Of a stretch of 64,000 nt of DNA, positions 24,869 to 38,489 are shown piece after piece. The stretch comes from Octopus vulgaris. Taxonomy: Eukaryota. Under the pieces are notes generated by a model that was given only the letters and a program-made list of their open reading frames with translations, ran no database searches and was not told where the DNA came from. The translations under genes and the position numbers were made by a program. Every line of letters starts with the position of its first letter. The first letter of the stretch is position 1. The DNA lies in assembly GCA_951406725.2 (NCBI GenBank), contig OX597824.1, positions 69,688,001 through 69,752,000 on the forward strand, given 5' to 3'.

Positions 24869-26029
24869 AGAATTATTATTGTTGTTGTTATTATTATTAT
24901 TTGGGTTGACGAATGGTCACAATCCTGTAAGTTATTTTCTTCACTATACCTAGGCCTCATTTGCACCCTCTCCAAAAAAAGAAGAAAAAAAACAGTGAAC
25001 CCATACATGAATAAATAATACATAACTTTGTCTCATGTATAAATAAATATATAAATAATAATTCAATATGGCGCTCTACTGTCTGTGCGTCCAACATCAT
25101 AGTTTAATTATGTTGCTCTCTTGCTCTACAAGGACCTTCGTAGAATGGCGGAAACATCGTCCCTTGGCTATTTTGTCTAAGAAATGTATCTATCTTGATA
25201 GTTTCTGATACTTTAATCAACGTAATACTATACTACATGTTTCTTCACGAGGCCAAATTAGTTTGACGGAAAAGCAAGAAAGAACACAAATATATAAATG
25301 AATATCGTCGTCGTATAAATTTCATTCAAGCCACCATATTTAAAAACGAATCATTGAATGCAGACGACAGCTTCGCTGTATTAAGATGTAATGTAGATTA
25401 ACATATTTATAGAAAATTTTTCGTTTCGTTTTCTGCAAGAGATTAACATTCCTAATAGAATAATTTTTTTTTTTATATATAAGAACCGATATCTGATTTC
25501 TACAATCCTACATTTGACCGCTGCGGTCAATAGCAATACAAGGCCTAAAACTGGCATGTATATTTTCTGGACACCAGAGTGAATATATCTGTAATTATAG
25601 GTGCGGTGCATAGCTGATGAGAGTTAGTGTTTTTAAGCGTATGTTATTAGCTATGATAGTGTATATAATATGTGTGTTGTGAGTATGTACGTGTGTGTGC
25701 TTATAATGTATGTAAATGCTTGTTGGAGACGTACGTAAAATACGTTATGACCAGTGAAATCAGGCATGTTTGCATGTGCATGACTGGTAATGTGTGTGTG
25801 AGTGTGTTTGTGTGTGTGTGCGCGCGCGTGCGTTTGTATGTGCGTGTGTGAATGAGTATGTGTGTCCCAGTAACAATTCATGTATAACTGTGCATATGTA
25901 ATATAACTGCATAGTGCATATATACATGTATACGTATATGTATATATGTACGTATATAAGGGTGCGTAAGTGTATGCGTATGCGTGTGTGTGTTTGTGTG
26001 TTCATGTATGTGCGTGTGACTGAGTGCAC

Positions 26030-26248
26030 TTCTGTGCCCTTGTGGGTAGTAACGAAATAGGTGTTTCGTCTATCGTTACGTTCTGATTTCAAATTCCGCC
26101 GAGGTCGACTTTGCCCTTCATCCTTTCGGGGTCGATAAATTAAGTACCAATTACGCACTGGGGTCGATGTAAGCAACTTAATCCCTTTGTCTGTCCTTGT
26201 TTGTCCTCTCTGTATTTAGCCCCTTGTGGGCAATAAAGAAATAAGAAA
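26030..26248 (+). mobile_element. Family-C SINE, 3' unit of duplicated type (followed by a minus-strand family-B head, 26252-26340)
   Basis: Matches 16775-16985. Confidence 0.88.
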
Positions 26249-26568
26249 ATACTTGGGCACGTACCACGCAATGGGACTGAACCCGGGACCATATAGTTGA
26301 AAAACAAACATTTTACCACAAAGTCCGACCTGCGCCTCCATATATAGAATAGTTGGTTTATGTTGGACGAACGAGTAAAGAATGCCCAATACATGTCGGA
26401 GAGGATATGGCTTCATTTTGTTGAAAACAAATCTTGAGTGTTTGGTTTGCAACTCGAGTTTCATGCAGTGAAACTCGAGACAAACACTTGTGGCTTGAAC
26501 AACGGATGTTTCCTATGAGGGAGATTTGCTTGCTATGCCAAACAGTTGAATATACATACATATATACA

Positions 26569-26625
<57 letters not shown>

Positions 26626-26626
26626 A

Positions 26627-26691
<65 letters not shown>

Positions 26692-26825
26692 CACATAGCC
26701 AGCTGGAAGAAGCGTCCTCATGGATTTAAAATAGCAGTATCGTCTGTACTTAAAATACGCCCACGTTTAAGTGGTGATAAACATTACTTCTCGCTCTCTC
26801 TCCCCCTCTTCTCTCTCGATATATG

Positions 26826-26876
<51 letters not shown>

Positions 26877-27129
26877 CTTTATTCATATGCGTACATACAT
26901 ACTTACATACGTATATATATGTATATACACACATATACATATGTATATATGTATATATACATATGTATATGTGGGTGTATGCACGTATGTATTATTTACA
27001 CGCGCACACATATGCACAAATACATTCACACATCCACACACACACATACACCCACCCACACACACAGGCATACACACTCATCCCGGCACACTCGCACACA
27101 CATACATACACACACACATACCAGCTTGA

Positions 27130-27888
27130 GTCAAAAGATTTTCGGATTTTGGCGTGCAGTTGTAACTGGGGATGAAAAATCTATCTATTTTCGTAATCCA
27201 AATAAGTGATATCTGTGGCTTCGTTTCGGCCAGGCTTCAGAACTTGTTATCAAACAACAATGGCTTGAAGAAAAGGTAATGTTTTGTATTTGGAGGAATT
27301 ACGACTGGGCGTTGCACTTTGAGTTTGTCGCATGTCGTCATGCTGTGAACGTCAACCGTTATGCTCACCAGCTACATAGCTTATAGGATGCTTTGATGTG
27401 AACGCTAACCTTTCTGCTCAACAGCTTCAGAACTTATAGGATGCTTTGATGTGAACGCTAAAACCTTTCTGCTCAACAGCTACAGAGCTTATAGGTATTA
27501 CAATGCCTCAGCTCACACTGCTAGTGTGATCACGCGCTCACTTGACAAACTTGAAGGGCTAGAAGTGCTACCTTATTTTACCTACTGTCCAGACCTCGCA
27601 GCATTACCACCTTTTCGAGCCGTGACTGATTTCTGGCCCGGACGAAGGTTCAACTATGTGGATGAGGCTGGGTGATTTTTTTTTCTGTCTCTAAGCCAGT
27701 CAAGCTTATATATATATATATATATATATATATAAGCGTGGAAATTGAGTTTTGGGCACAACAATGGCAATAGAAAATAAGATATGATGGGATATATTAT
27801 TTTGACGAATAAGCACTTTTCGTATGCAATTTGTCTGAACTGTTAATTTAAGATTGAAATACGAAAGAATCTTTCACTCAACCTCATA
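27130..27888 (+). mobile_element. mariner transposase pseudogene, 3' two-thirds
   Basis: [39 protein letters not shown]; internal ~54-bp tandem duplication 27363-27495. Confidence 0.85.
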
Positions 27889-27976
27889 TATATATAGTAA
27901 TATAAATAATATGTAAATATATGCAAATAATGCATATATATATGTACAAACCTACATATATATGTATATATACATG

Positions 27977-28170
27977 CATATATGGGTACAGGACATCAAA
28001 AAGCGTTGAACACAATGAGAAACGAAAATCTAAAAACAAAAAAAACATAGAAAACGAACTTTTTTTCGAACAACGGAAAAAAAATAAACAGGGAAACGAG
28101 ATATGCAACATAAAGAATATTCCCCTTCATCAGTTGTCCCTGTTTCATCTACGCCGCCGTTTCGAAAGCA
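27977..28170. mobile_element. Microsatellite-embedded repeat (CATATATGGGTACAGGAC family), truncated
   Basis: Homologous to 30034-30355. Confidence 0.75.
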
Positions 28171-28191
28171 AATATACAAATATATATATAT

Positions 28192-28470
28192 AAAAGCTAT
28201 ACCAACCACCGAACTGGACGGCACTGCATAATACCAAATATACCGTCGTCATCTTCATCTCACGTAAGGATCCAGTATTGTAACAGCTTGGGATTCAGGG
28301 AACCACATCTGTGTAACATCCTACCAAGGTACCGAAGAGATCTGCAGGGTGTAGATATGGAAATGTCAAAAAGTATCTGGACAAATTTCTATATGAAATC
28401 CCAGATGAGCCCATATTGTAGTAAAAGGCACAAAGAAGAGCAACTTCATCCAACTCGCTTCGTCACTAAA
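28192..28470 (+). mobile_element. Second CR1-type LINE 3' end
   Basis: SYTNHRTGRHCIIP..CNSLGFREPHLCNILP..LDKFLYEIPDEP..SNSL with a frameshift. Confidence 0.7.
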
Positions 28471-28580
28471 CTTCACTAAAAACAGTGCTGAAAGGATGAC
28501 TCCCAAAACACTGACGGCGGTGCTCCAGCATGGCCCCAGCCTCTGGCTGAGACCAGTAAAATAATAAAAGAATAAAGAAT

Positions 28581-28627
<47 letters not shown>

Positions 28628-28636
28628 TGCATACAT

Positions 28637-29392
28637 AAACGGTAATCTTGATCTCCTACTGAGCGTGGAGGTTGTGTAAATACACAGAATATTGCATTAT
28701 TTATCTTGATAGGATTTCTCTGATAAAAGCATTCGTAAACCGTCTACTACAGCCACCGGAATTGTCATATCACGTTATTTCATCCTGCTATAGTCTCTTC
28801 GGTAAACGACATCCAGATGCAACATAACTACTGAATCTCGTGTCATGACAAATAGCATATCAGTGACTATTCAGGCACTGGTGTCGCAAATAGCCAGTGG
28901 GTTTATTAAAAATATTTAATAGCGACTGTTACAGAATTTATACTAAAAAGCAATCTTGATATCTAACTTAACGTGGACGGTGTATTAGAATACAGAATAC
29001 TGCGTTATTTATCTTGAGAGGATCTTTCATATGGACTCGCCTGTTAATGATTGCAAGTCCTTTTATGCACAACGAATCCCCATGAAAGCTCCGCTGAAGG
29101 TAAATATCGTCTGGCATGGGCTCCAGAACAATCAGATCACGTGATATCAGTTCACAGCTCTTCTTCATTGGCAGGCTTCCGGGTTCTCCTTACCAGTCAG
29201 ATCTTATCAGGATATACAAATAACCATCAACTTTTCAGACACTATTTTATTGTCGCAAATAGACAGTTGTCTTATTAAAAATAATTATTAGCGAATGAAC
29301 CAGTATTAGCGTCAAAACGCAATCTTTATATCTAAATAAACGTGCATGTCTTGTCAGAACGCCGGATAATGTTGTATTTATCTTGAGAGGTC
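28637..29392. repeat. Diverged tandem repeat, periods 308 and 369 bp
   Basis: ATTTATCTTGA at 28699, 29007 and 29376; TGTCGCAAATAG at 28882 and 29251. Confidence 0.75.
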
Positions 29393-29405
29393 CCTACATA
29401 TAGAT

Positions 29406-29705
29406 GCATGGTGTCTAGTCCGACTGCGTGGCACATTGGGCAAGTGTTTCTTACTATAGCCTCGGGGCGGCCAAAGACTTGTGAGTGGATTTGGTGGGCG
29501 AAACTGAAAGAAGCCCGTCGTATATATATATATATATATATATACGTATATGTTTATGTGTCTGTGTCTGTCTCACCACTATCGCTTGACAACTAATGCT
29601 GGTGTGTTTACGTCCTTGCTGAAGTGTGTTTAAGTTCTTGCTGAAGTAAAGGCAGTACTCCAGCACGGCCGCAGTCAGATGACTGTAACAAGTAGAAACA
29701 ATAAA
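29406..29705 (+). mobile_element. Family-B SINE, deleted
   Basis: Partial head and tail match 18611. Confidence 0.82.
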
Positions 29706-29798
29706 AAAAAATATATATATATACATACTCCGCATTTCGAGCATTCAACAATTAATTATTATTTAACTAAATCCGAAGCATTCATAACGAGGCAAGTA

Positions 29799-29869
<71 letters not shown>

Positions 29870-29919
29870 TAATAACAATAATAATAATAATGATAATAAT
29901 AATAAAAATAATAATAATG

Positions 29920-29983
<64 letters not shown>

Positions 29984-30033
29984 TAATAATAATATATACA
30001 TACATGTACATACGTATATATGTATATACACAT

Positions 30034-30355
30034 GCATATATGGGTACAGGACGTCAAAAAACATGAAAAACGAGAATACGAAATACAAAAACATGGAAAA
30101 CGAACTTTTTTGAACAACGTAAGAAACAAATACACAAACGAGACTGGCAACATAAAGAACAATCCCTTCATCAGTTGTCCACTGATTTATCCTCTTCGTA
30201 TTTCGAGCGCTAGGACAAGATGCGCCTTCATAAAAACAGTCGTTCTGCAAAGCAAAAGCAAATTAAATAAAATTTGTGATTTGCGTAGGGTCAAAGTTGG
30301 TAACAAAAACAGGACAGTTAGAACAAACGATAAGGGCTGTTAAGCCATAACGAGG
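30034..30355. mobile_element. Microsatellite-embedded repeat (CATATATGGGTACAGGAC family)
   Basis: Homologous to 27977-28170; minus-strand CTGATGA flanked by a 6-bp helix. Confidence 0.75.
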
Positions 30356-30410
<55 letters not shown>

Positions 30411-30412
30411 GG

Positions 30413-30443
<31 letters not shown>

Positions 30444-30451
30444 TGTATGTA

Positions 30452-30482
<31 letters not shown>

Positions 30483-30505
30483 ATGTATGTATGTATGTAT
30501 GTATG

Positions 30506-30539
<34 letters not shown>

Positions 30540-30781
30540 TGTATGTATGTATGTATGTATGTATGTATGTATGTATGTATGTATGTATAGATATCAATTA
30601 TAATCAAAGATAAAATCTATATAGCATTTTATCAAGTAGCTAGCATGTAAAAACCAATTTCGGTAAAAACTAATACAAAGTATTTAATTTTATCAATATA
30701 ATTAGAAAATTATAAGGACAACTAACAAATAATGCCACATGCCAGATGACGTCAAATGGCTGGCTCTAAAACTACGATAAA

Positions 30782-30824
<43 letters not shown>

Positions 30825-30825
<1 letters not shown>

Positions 30826-31010
30826 CCATGATAGATCGGTAGCCACTACACACATTTTTTCTCTCCTTTTTTCTCTCCTTGTTTCTTTCTGTTGAAGCGC
30901 GTAGGCTCGAAACGTTAAAGACTTTTTCAATTCCCGAGTGCTATACTAATATATCTGTTTGTTTTCTACACCACCTGTCTTCGTCTTCTATTTTTTCGTG
31001 AATTCTCCCT
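30825..31010 (+). mobile_element. Second copy of the CUGUUGA-HHR repeat (HHR 30884-30921)
   Basis: TCTTT CTGTTGA A GCGC gtag GCTC GAAA CG TT AAAGA; (TA)n or (TACA)n on both sides. Confidence 0.75.
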
Positions 31011-31027
31011 ATACATACATACATATA

Positions 31028-31059
<32 letters not shown>

Positions 31060-31362
31060 AAATCATTTGTATCTCCGTCTGTTCCCAATGCATTCTCAAA
31101 CGGCTCAATCAAGTCAAATCAGATTTTACATGGCAATTCTGCGAGACACCAGGAGTGTCAACATATAATTTTTGGGGATTAAAATGCAACATTGGCACTG
31201 GTTCCGTATGGCGTCTCGAAAGTCGAAGAATAAAAGTGAAACCTTCGATGGAGTAACATTTATAAATAGTTTCACTGCTATATTGTTTCATTTTTTATAT
31301 TGTTTCACTTTAAATAATATGTATTTATATATGTATATACATATATATATATGTATATCGTC

Positions 31363-31423
<61 letters not shown>

Positions 31424-31669
31424 TATGTATTTATATATTTATATATTTATATATATATACATACATATATATGTATATCTTTGTATATATACATATGATT
31501 ATATAATTTAGGTATGTTTTTATATATGTATATATATTTATATGTATATATATATGACTATGTATATATCTATATGTGCATATATATATATGTTTGTGTA
31601 TATATGTATGCATATATGTATATATGTATCTATATGTGTATATATATGTACATATATATGTATATATAT

Positions 31670-32196
31670 GAGAAGGCATAGTTATTGATCGTAGCAGGTG
31701 GAGAAGGATTGTGCACGAGGGGACAGCCACTTTTGAGAAATTTCGAGTGGCACATGAGAAAGTAAGGAGGAATGTTAGGAAGGGCATCGTTGTTACACTT
31801 CCAGATGGTAAGGGTCTTCCTATGATTCTGACATGCCGTGTCTGTGCAAGACTCTGCCTCAGTAAAGCTGGACTCAAGAGTCATCTTCGTAGTCATAAAG
31901 CGAGACAGATGAGCCACTGGTGGTGGTGTAACACACCATACTAATCATATCTGTTGGGCAGGTGGAAGAGAGTGTAATTCGGCAGGAGGGCTTAAACGAC
32001 ATGCAAAGGTACATGAAGCCCAGTTTCATTCGGCTTATCCGGCTATTACCGGTAAAGGTTTTAGTTGCCAATTCTGTACAAGACATTGTAGATCTTTAGC
32101 TGGGATAAAAAGTCACATTCGACCACAGTACCAGTAACAGTTAAGCTTCGTGCAATGGCCATACTCGATAACGAGGGGGCAGCCATAATAATAATA
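31670..32196 (+). mobile_element. RTE-clade LINE 3' end with three C2H2-type zinc fingers and (ATA)n tail
   Basis: DRSRWRRIVHEGTATFE; CRVC..GLKSHLRSH; CWAG..GLKRHAKVH; [13 protein letters not shown]; stop 32135-32137. Confidence 0.85.
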
Positions 32197-32296
32197 TATG
32201 CATATATGTCTATATATATATATATATATATATACATACATATATATATACATATATATATACAGGTATTTATATATATATGTATATATATATATG

Positions 32297-32372
<76 letters not shown>

Positions 32373-32407
32373 TATATACACATACATATATATATATATA
32401 TACATAT

Positions 32408-32456
<49 letters not shown>

Positions 32457-33339
32457 ATGGGCAGCAGATTTTCTCTACACACAATATACATCTATCTGTT
32501 TTTGCTGCTGTTTAACCCTAAGTGAGTAGGTATATTATCTTCAATGCGCATGAAATCAACAGGCTGCGGTTGATTCTGCGGAACATCCAGAATATAGCAT
32601 CACTTCAAGTGGGAGATGTTGCTACAGTCCCGGCTAGATACTTTAGTTTATTGACTTGGAAAGAATGGAAGGCAAAAACTGGCTTCGGCGTGATTTGAAC
32701 TGAGATTGGACACGCATAAACATTCGCGCAAGCGCTGAGGTGAGTGGGTGGGTGAGAGTGAGAGAATGTGAAAGGAGAGAGGATGGAAGATAAATGGATC
32801 TATAGACATACTTCTAGACAGACATCAATAAGCAAATACAGTGATTAATGTATGTGTGTGTGTGTGTGTGTGTCTGTGTGTGTGTTCAGAGAGGAAGTAA
32901 AGAAGTAGAGGAGAGAGAGGGAGAGAAGGGTGAAGAAGGGAGAGGAATCACAAAATAAATAAATAAATAAATAAATACAGGTTTATATAATTAAAATAAA
33001 ATTAAGGTTAGAAGCAAGTGTGTGCAGACAAACCAAACGAGAGATTGTCAAACAGGGAGACAAAGTGAATATCAGAGAGACAGAGGAATGACAGGAGGAC
33101 CGGAAAGATAGAGACAGAGTGATAAACAGACAGGCAGTCAGACAGACAGAATCAGACAGACAGGCAGACAGACAGAATCAGACAGACTTGCAGACAGAGA
33201 GGAACCCCCTGTTGCTTACTATTTTTCATTCTGAGACATTGCTCGACTGATTTCAAGAAATCAATACATCTCTGGAGGAGACTCTTTTTAAAAGCTACAA
33301 CATGGAGCGCGGATCTGAGGAGATATAAGAGAAAACGTT

Positions 33340-33392
<53 letters not shown>

Positions 33393-33469
33393 TAAAAATA
33401 ATAATAATTATAGTAATAGTAGTAATAATAATAATAATGATAATAATAATAACCCTTTCTTCAATAGGC

Positions 33470-34060
33470 ATAGGGAGGGGGCGAGTTGAATACATTGATC
33501 CCAGTGCTAGACTGGTACGCATTTTATCGACCCCGAAAGGATGAAAGGCAAAGTCGACATCGGCAGGATTTGAACTCAGAGCATAATATGGATGAAATAC
33601 CTATTTCTTTACTACCCACAGTGGGCTAAACACAGAGGGGACAAACAAGGACAGACAAACGGATTAAGTCGATTATATCGACCCCAGTGCGTAACTGGTA
33701 CTTATTTAATCGACCCCGAAAGGATGAAGGGCAAAGTCGACCTCGGCGGAATTTGAACGCAGAACGTAGCGGCAGACGAAATACCGCCAAGCATTTCGCC
33801 CGGTGTGCTAACGTTTCTGCCAGCTGGCCGCCTTAATCCATTCATAAACGTTGACTTCAAATTTTGACACAAGGCCAGCAATTTCGGGAAGTGAATGAGT
33901 CGATTACATTGACATTAGTTGGTACTTATTCTATCGATCTCGAAAGGATGTAAGGCAAAGTCGACCTCAGCGGAATTTGATCACAGAACGTAAAGACGGA
34001 CGAAATGCCGCTAAGCATCTCGCCCCACATATTTAGGACTCTGCCAGGTCACCGACTTAC
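33470..34060 (-). mobile_element. Family-C SINE cluster (duplicated type 33470-33832; single 33865-34060)
   Basis: Reverse complement of the 16564 family. Confidence 0.88.
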
Positions 34061-34094
34061 GCCATTTATAAACATTACCATAATAATAATAATA

Positions 34095-34163
<69 letters not shown>

Positions 34164-34177
34164 TTAATAATAATAAT

Positions 34178-34224
<47 letters not shown>

Positions 34225-34384
34225 TAATAATAATAACTTTTAAACATCCATAACCGTCAAGCATCTCCACTCTACAAATTTGTTGGGGGTAGGGCCACTC
34301 TACAAATTTGTTGGGGGCAGGGGAGCACAATCTCAAATTGTTCGAACGCAATAGTAATGAATCTTTATTGTGTCGATTACGTTT

Positions 34385-34800
34385 AATTGCGGCAAGATGG
34401 AAATATCTTTAACGCGCCGAACAAAATGTTGTGTAGCATCTTCCCGGCTCTTTGCGTTCTGAGATCAAATGCTAACGAGAACGCCTTTGCATTATGTCTC
34501 TTTCGGGGAGTCTGTAAGATAAGTACCAGCTGAGCACTGGGATTGATGCAATCGACTTCTCTCTCCTCTCAGAACTGCCGGTCTGATGCAAAAATTAGAG
34601 AGATTTATATCGACCTTGTTAAGACTGAGGGGTCGTTAGGTCGTCGGAAGAAGTACCTTGTGGTATTTATTTCAGTTCTTTGCGTTCTGTCTTTAAAGAA
34701 TGCGATGATCAATCTTGCTTTTCATTGTTTTAGGATCGATAAAATAATGCAGCATTGAAGTACTGGGATCAATGTATTCTACTTACGCCCCATTCGTCCC
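34385..34800 (+). mobile_element. Two old family-C SINE copies
   Basis: Diverged GTTCTGAGATCAAAT..TAAGTACCAG motifs. Confidence 0.65.
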
Positions 34801-35049
34801 CTCAATTTTTCTAAGCTTGAATTAGCAATATTATTATGATGTTCACGTGAAGGATGGGAGTGCATTGTGGGAAATTATCGAATATTAAAGTGAGGATCGG
34901 TAATCGTAATTAAATAGCAGAAAGTATATATTTTTGACCTGTCACCCTAAAGAATCTGCTATGCATCCGCCCTGTCATTAGGAAACATTTAAGAATCGAA
35001 ATAGGAGAAAAGGAAAGAATACGAAAAAGAGAACAAATGTCTGCGTGAG

Positions 35050-36010
35050 TGCGTGCGGTTGAGAAACTTGATTGCAGTTCCACTGCGCGGAACCTTGAAC
35101 GAGTGTCTTCTGCTATTATTCCTGACAGAACAAAGCTTCGCCGCAGTCAAATGACTGGAGTAAGTAACAGAATAAAAGAATATATATATCAAGGCACAGG
35201 AGTGGCTATGTGGAAAGTGCTCGCTTCCCAACCACATGGTTCCGGGTTCAATCCCACTGCGTGGCACCTTGGAGAAATATGTCTTCTGCTATAGACTTGG
35301 GCCGACCAAAGCCTTGTGAGTGGTCTTGGTAAACGGAAACTGAAAGAAGCCCGTCGTATATATAGGTGTGTGAGTGTATTTGTTATTTGCGTCTGTGTTT
35401 GTCCTTCCACCATCGCTTGACAACCGATGTTAGTGTGTTTACGTACCCGTCACTTAGCGGATTGGCAAAAAAGAGACCGATAGAACAAGTACTAGGCGTA
35501 CAAAAAATAAAACCTAGGGGCGATTTGTTCGGCTAAATGTGGTGCTCCAGCATGGCCGCAGTCAATGAGTGGAGCAAGTAAAAGAATAAAAGAATATCTA
35601 TGTAGGAGTGGCTGTGTGGTAAGTACCTTGCTGACCAACCACATGGTTCTTGGTTCAGTCCCACTGCAGTGCACCTTGGGCAAGTGTCTTCTACTATAGC
35701 CTCGGACCGACCAAAGCCTTCTGTGTGATTTTGGTAGACGGAAACTGAACGAAGCCTGTCGTATATATATGTATATGTATATATGTGTGTGTGTTTGTGT
35801 TTCTGTGTTTGTCCCCCCTCCCGCCAACATACCATGACAACCGATGCTGGTGTGTTTACGTCCCCGTAACTTAGCGGTTCGGCAAAAGTGACCGATAGAA
35901 TAAGTTCTAGGCTTTCAAAGAATAAGTCCAGGGGTTGATTTGCCCGACTAAAATTGGTGTTCCAGCATGGCAGCAGTCAAATGACTGAAACAAGTAAAAG
36001 AGTAAAAGAG
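35050..36010 (+). mobile_element. Head-to-tail array of three family-B SINEs (35050-35180 deleted, 35193-35594, 35602-36010)
   Basis: Each matches 18611-19023. Confidence 0.9.
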
Positions 36011-37048
36011 TATATATATATAAACTTTACAAAAATTCTAAAGAAAATCAAAAAGAATAGTAAAGAACTATAAAAACAATAAATACATAGCAAACAATGA
36101 AAGCATCAGCGAAGTCTAACTTATAAGGGAAGGGGGGGGGGACAAGTAAAAGAAAGTAAATAAATTACAGTAAAATAATATACAAAAAAGTTTTGGTTTT
36201 ATTTAATTTTTTAATCAACCATTAAGTGAATGTTAATTAAGATTTTACAAATTGAACAATTGAATGAGAAAAAATGCGTTGAGAGATTCAAAGAATGTTT
36301 GTTTGTGTGTGTGTGTGGGTGTGTGTGTGTGTTGCTCTGGTTGGATACTGAGCGTTCGGTGTATATATGTATGTATTTGTGTTTGTATACATGTATGTAT
36401 AGATTTATGTGTGTATGTATGATGTATGAATAAATGTATGTGTATGTATGTATGGACGTATGTATGAATAGATGTACGTATGTAGAGATCAATACACAGT
36501 ATTTACACTTTTACGTCTTCTAATCAATATACCTACACGCGTATGCATATGTGTGATTCTGTTCGTATGTGTTTGTGTTTGTGTGCATGTGTGTGTGTGT
36601 GTGATGTACAAATAGGATTTGGTGTTTAAATAACGAACAATAAGAAAAAAAAATATCAAAAGAATTACCACCAGCTGCGTTCGAAACCCTTAACACAGAC
36701 ATCATCAATAAACAACACCACGACATCCACCGATGACACCACCAACGCAGCCACCAGAGCGATCATCGCCATTACTGGAGTATAGCAGAAAGATTAAGAA
36801 GAGCAAAAAATTTACACATACAAACACACACACCCGTATGTATATAAGTATATTTGTATCTGTATGTGTGTGTATGAGAGAGAGAAAGTGTGTGTGTGCG
36901 TTAGGGGGATGTATTCTACTAGAACTTCCGCTGCCTCTGATGTCGCTTCCGTTAGCGCCATTGCTGACTCTTGCAATAATATAAGTCCATTTCCAGTTTT
37001 TGTCGGTCGTTATCTTAATCTAATCTAATCTATTTTATCTATCTATCC

Positions 37049-37120
<72 letters not shown>

Positions 37121-37484
37121 CTTTGTCTATTTGTCTGTTTAGTATTACGTCTGTGCTACTATCTATCTTGCAATTTTTCCATGTATTTTGTGTCTCCTAC
37201 TCTCCGTCTTTTTCCGTATATATATATATATAGATGTGTGTGTGTGTGTGAGTGCATTTATTTAACTATACATATACATACATAATATATACATAAATAC
37301 ATACATACATGCTTACATACGTGAAGATATAATATATATACTGTGGGGTGAAGCATCAACGAGAAGCTCTCGATCAGCTAAGAGAGGAAAAATAATATTA
37401 TAATTAAAACAACTATAGCTGTATTTCACAAGACTTGTGGTTTTCATTATAACATTATATATATATATATATATTTATGTTAAC

Positions 37485-37531
<47 letters not shown>

Positions 37532-37532
<1 letters not shown>

Positions 37533-37812
37533 GAGGCGCAATGGCCCAGTGCTTTGGGCAGCGGACTCGCGGTCGTAGGATCGCGGTTTCGATTCCCACA
37601 CCGGGCGTTGTGAGTGTTTATTGAGCGAAAACAGGGGTAGGTGGCGATCCCTGCTGTACTCTTTCGCCAGAACTTTCTCTCACTCTTTCTTCTGTTGGCC
37701 TGCTCACTTAGCCAGCAGGGTGGTGTCATTTGAAGGCTAAAACAATGCGAAGCGCATTGTGACCAGCGATGTGTAACAACATCTGATAGCATGGTCGGTC
37801 ACGGTGATCACG

Positions 37813-37816
<4 letters not shown>
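37532..37816 (+). mobile_element. SINE, head A / tail 3, within (TA)n
   Basis: Head as 2736; tail as 55766-56074. Confidence 0.9.
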
Positions 37817-37844
<28 letters not shown>

Positions 37845-38025
37845 CGCACACATACTTACATATGTATATATGTATATATATGCATGTATGTATATCCATA
37901 TATGTATATATGTATATATGTGTGTATGTATGTATGTATTATGTATGTATATATAAATATGTACTGTCGCATATGTATATATGTGTGTATGTATGTATGT
38001 ATTATGTATGTATATATAAATATGT

Positions 38026-38279
38026 ACTGTCGCAGACATAAGCTGCCCTGCTGATGTAAATATCTCTTCGAAAGTCGAGGAGAAAGAGGATAACTACGGA
38101 CAACAGCTTCGAACCCTCCAGCTGGATTATAAATTATTGGTTCGCTTGGTTTTCTAAGTAAATGCCTAAGTGACAATCTAGATGAGCTGGGGTTTTCAGA
38201 AAAAGAAATCAACTAGCTAATTCAGTCTGTGAGTGGAGCCGTAAAAATATGCAAGACTTTTCTCAAATACAAAATTTGA
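38026..38279 (+). mobile_element. RLE-type (R4/Dong-like) LINE endonuclease C-terminus
   Basis: [50 protein letters not shown]. Confidence 0.72.
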
Positions 38280-38489
38280 ATCAGTTTTTGGCTGCATTTT
38301 AACGACGTAGATTTCCCTCTTTGTTAAAAAGCCTCTCCTTCCTCAGAGGAGAATTTCAACTTATTAAAAGCAGAAGAGATCGTACATACATACATACATA
38401 CATACATACATACATACATACATACATACATACATACATACATACATGTGTCTGTGTGTATACGCTTACATACGTATATTGGTTTCAGT

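Noticed and set aside
27363-27495. Regularly spaced direct repeats (CRISPR-like)
   Set aside because: A simple tandem duplication with no unique spacers, inside a mariner in eukaryotic DNA.
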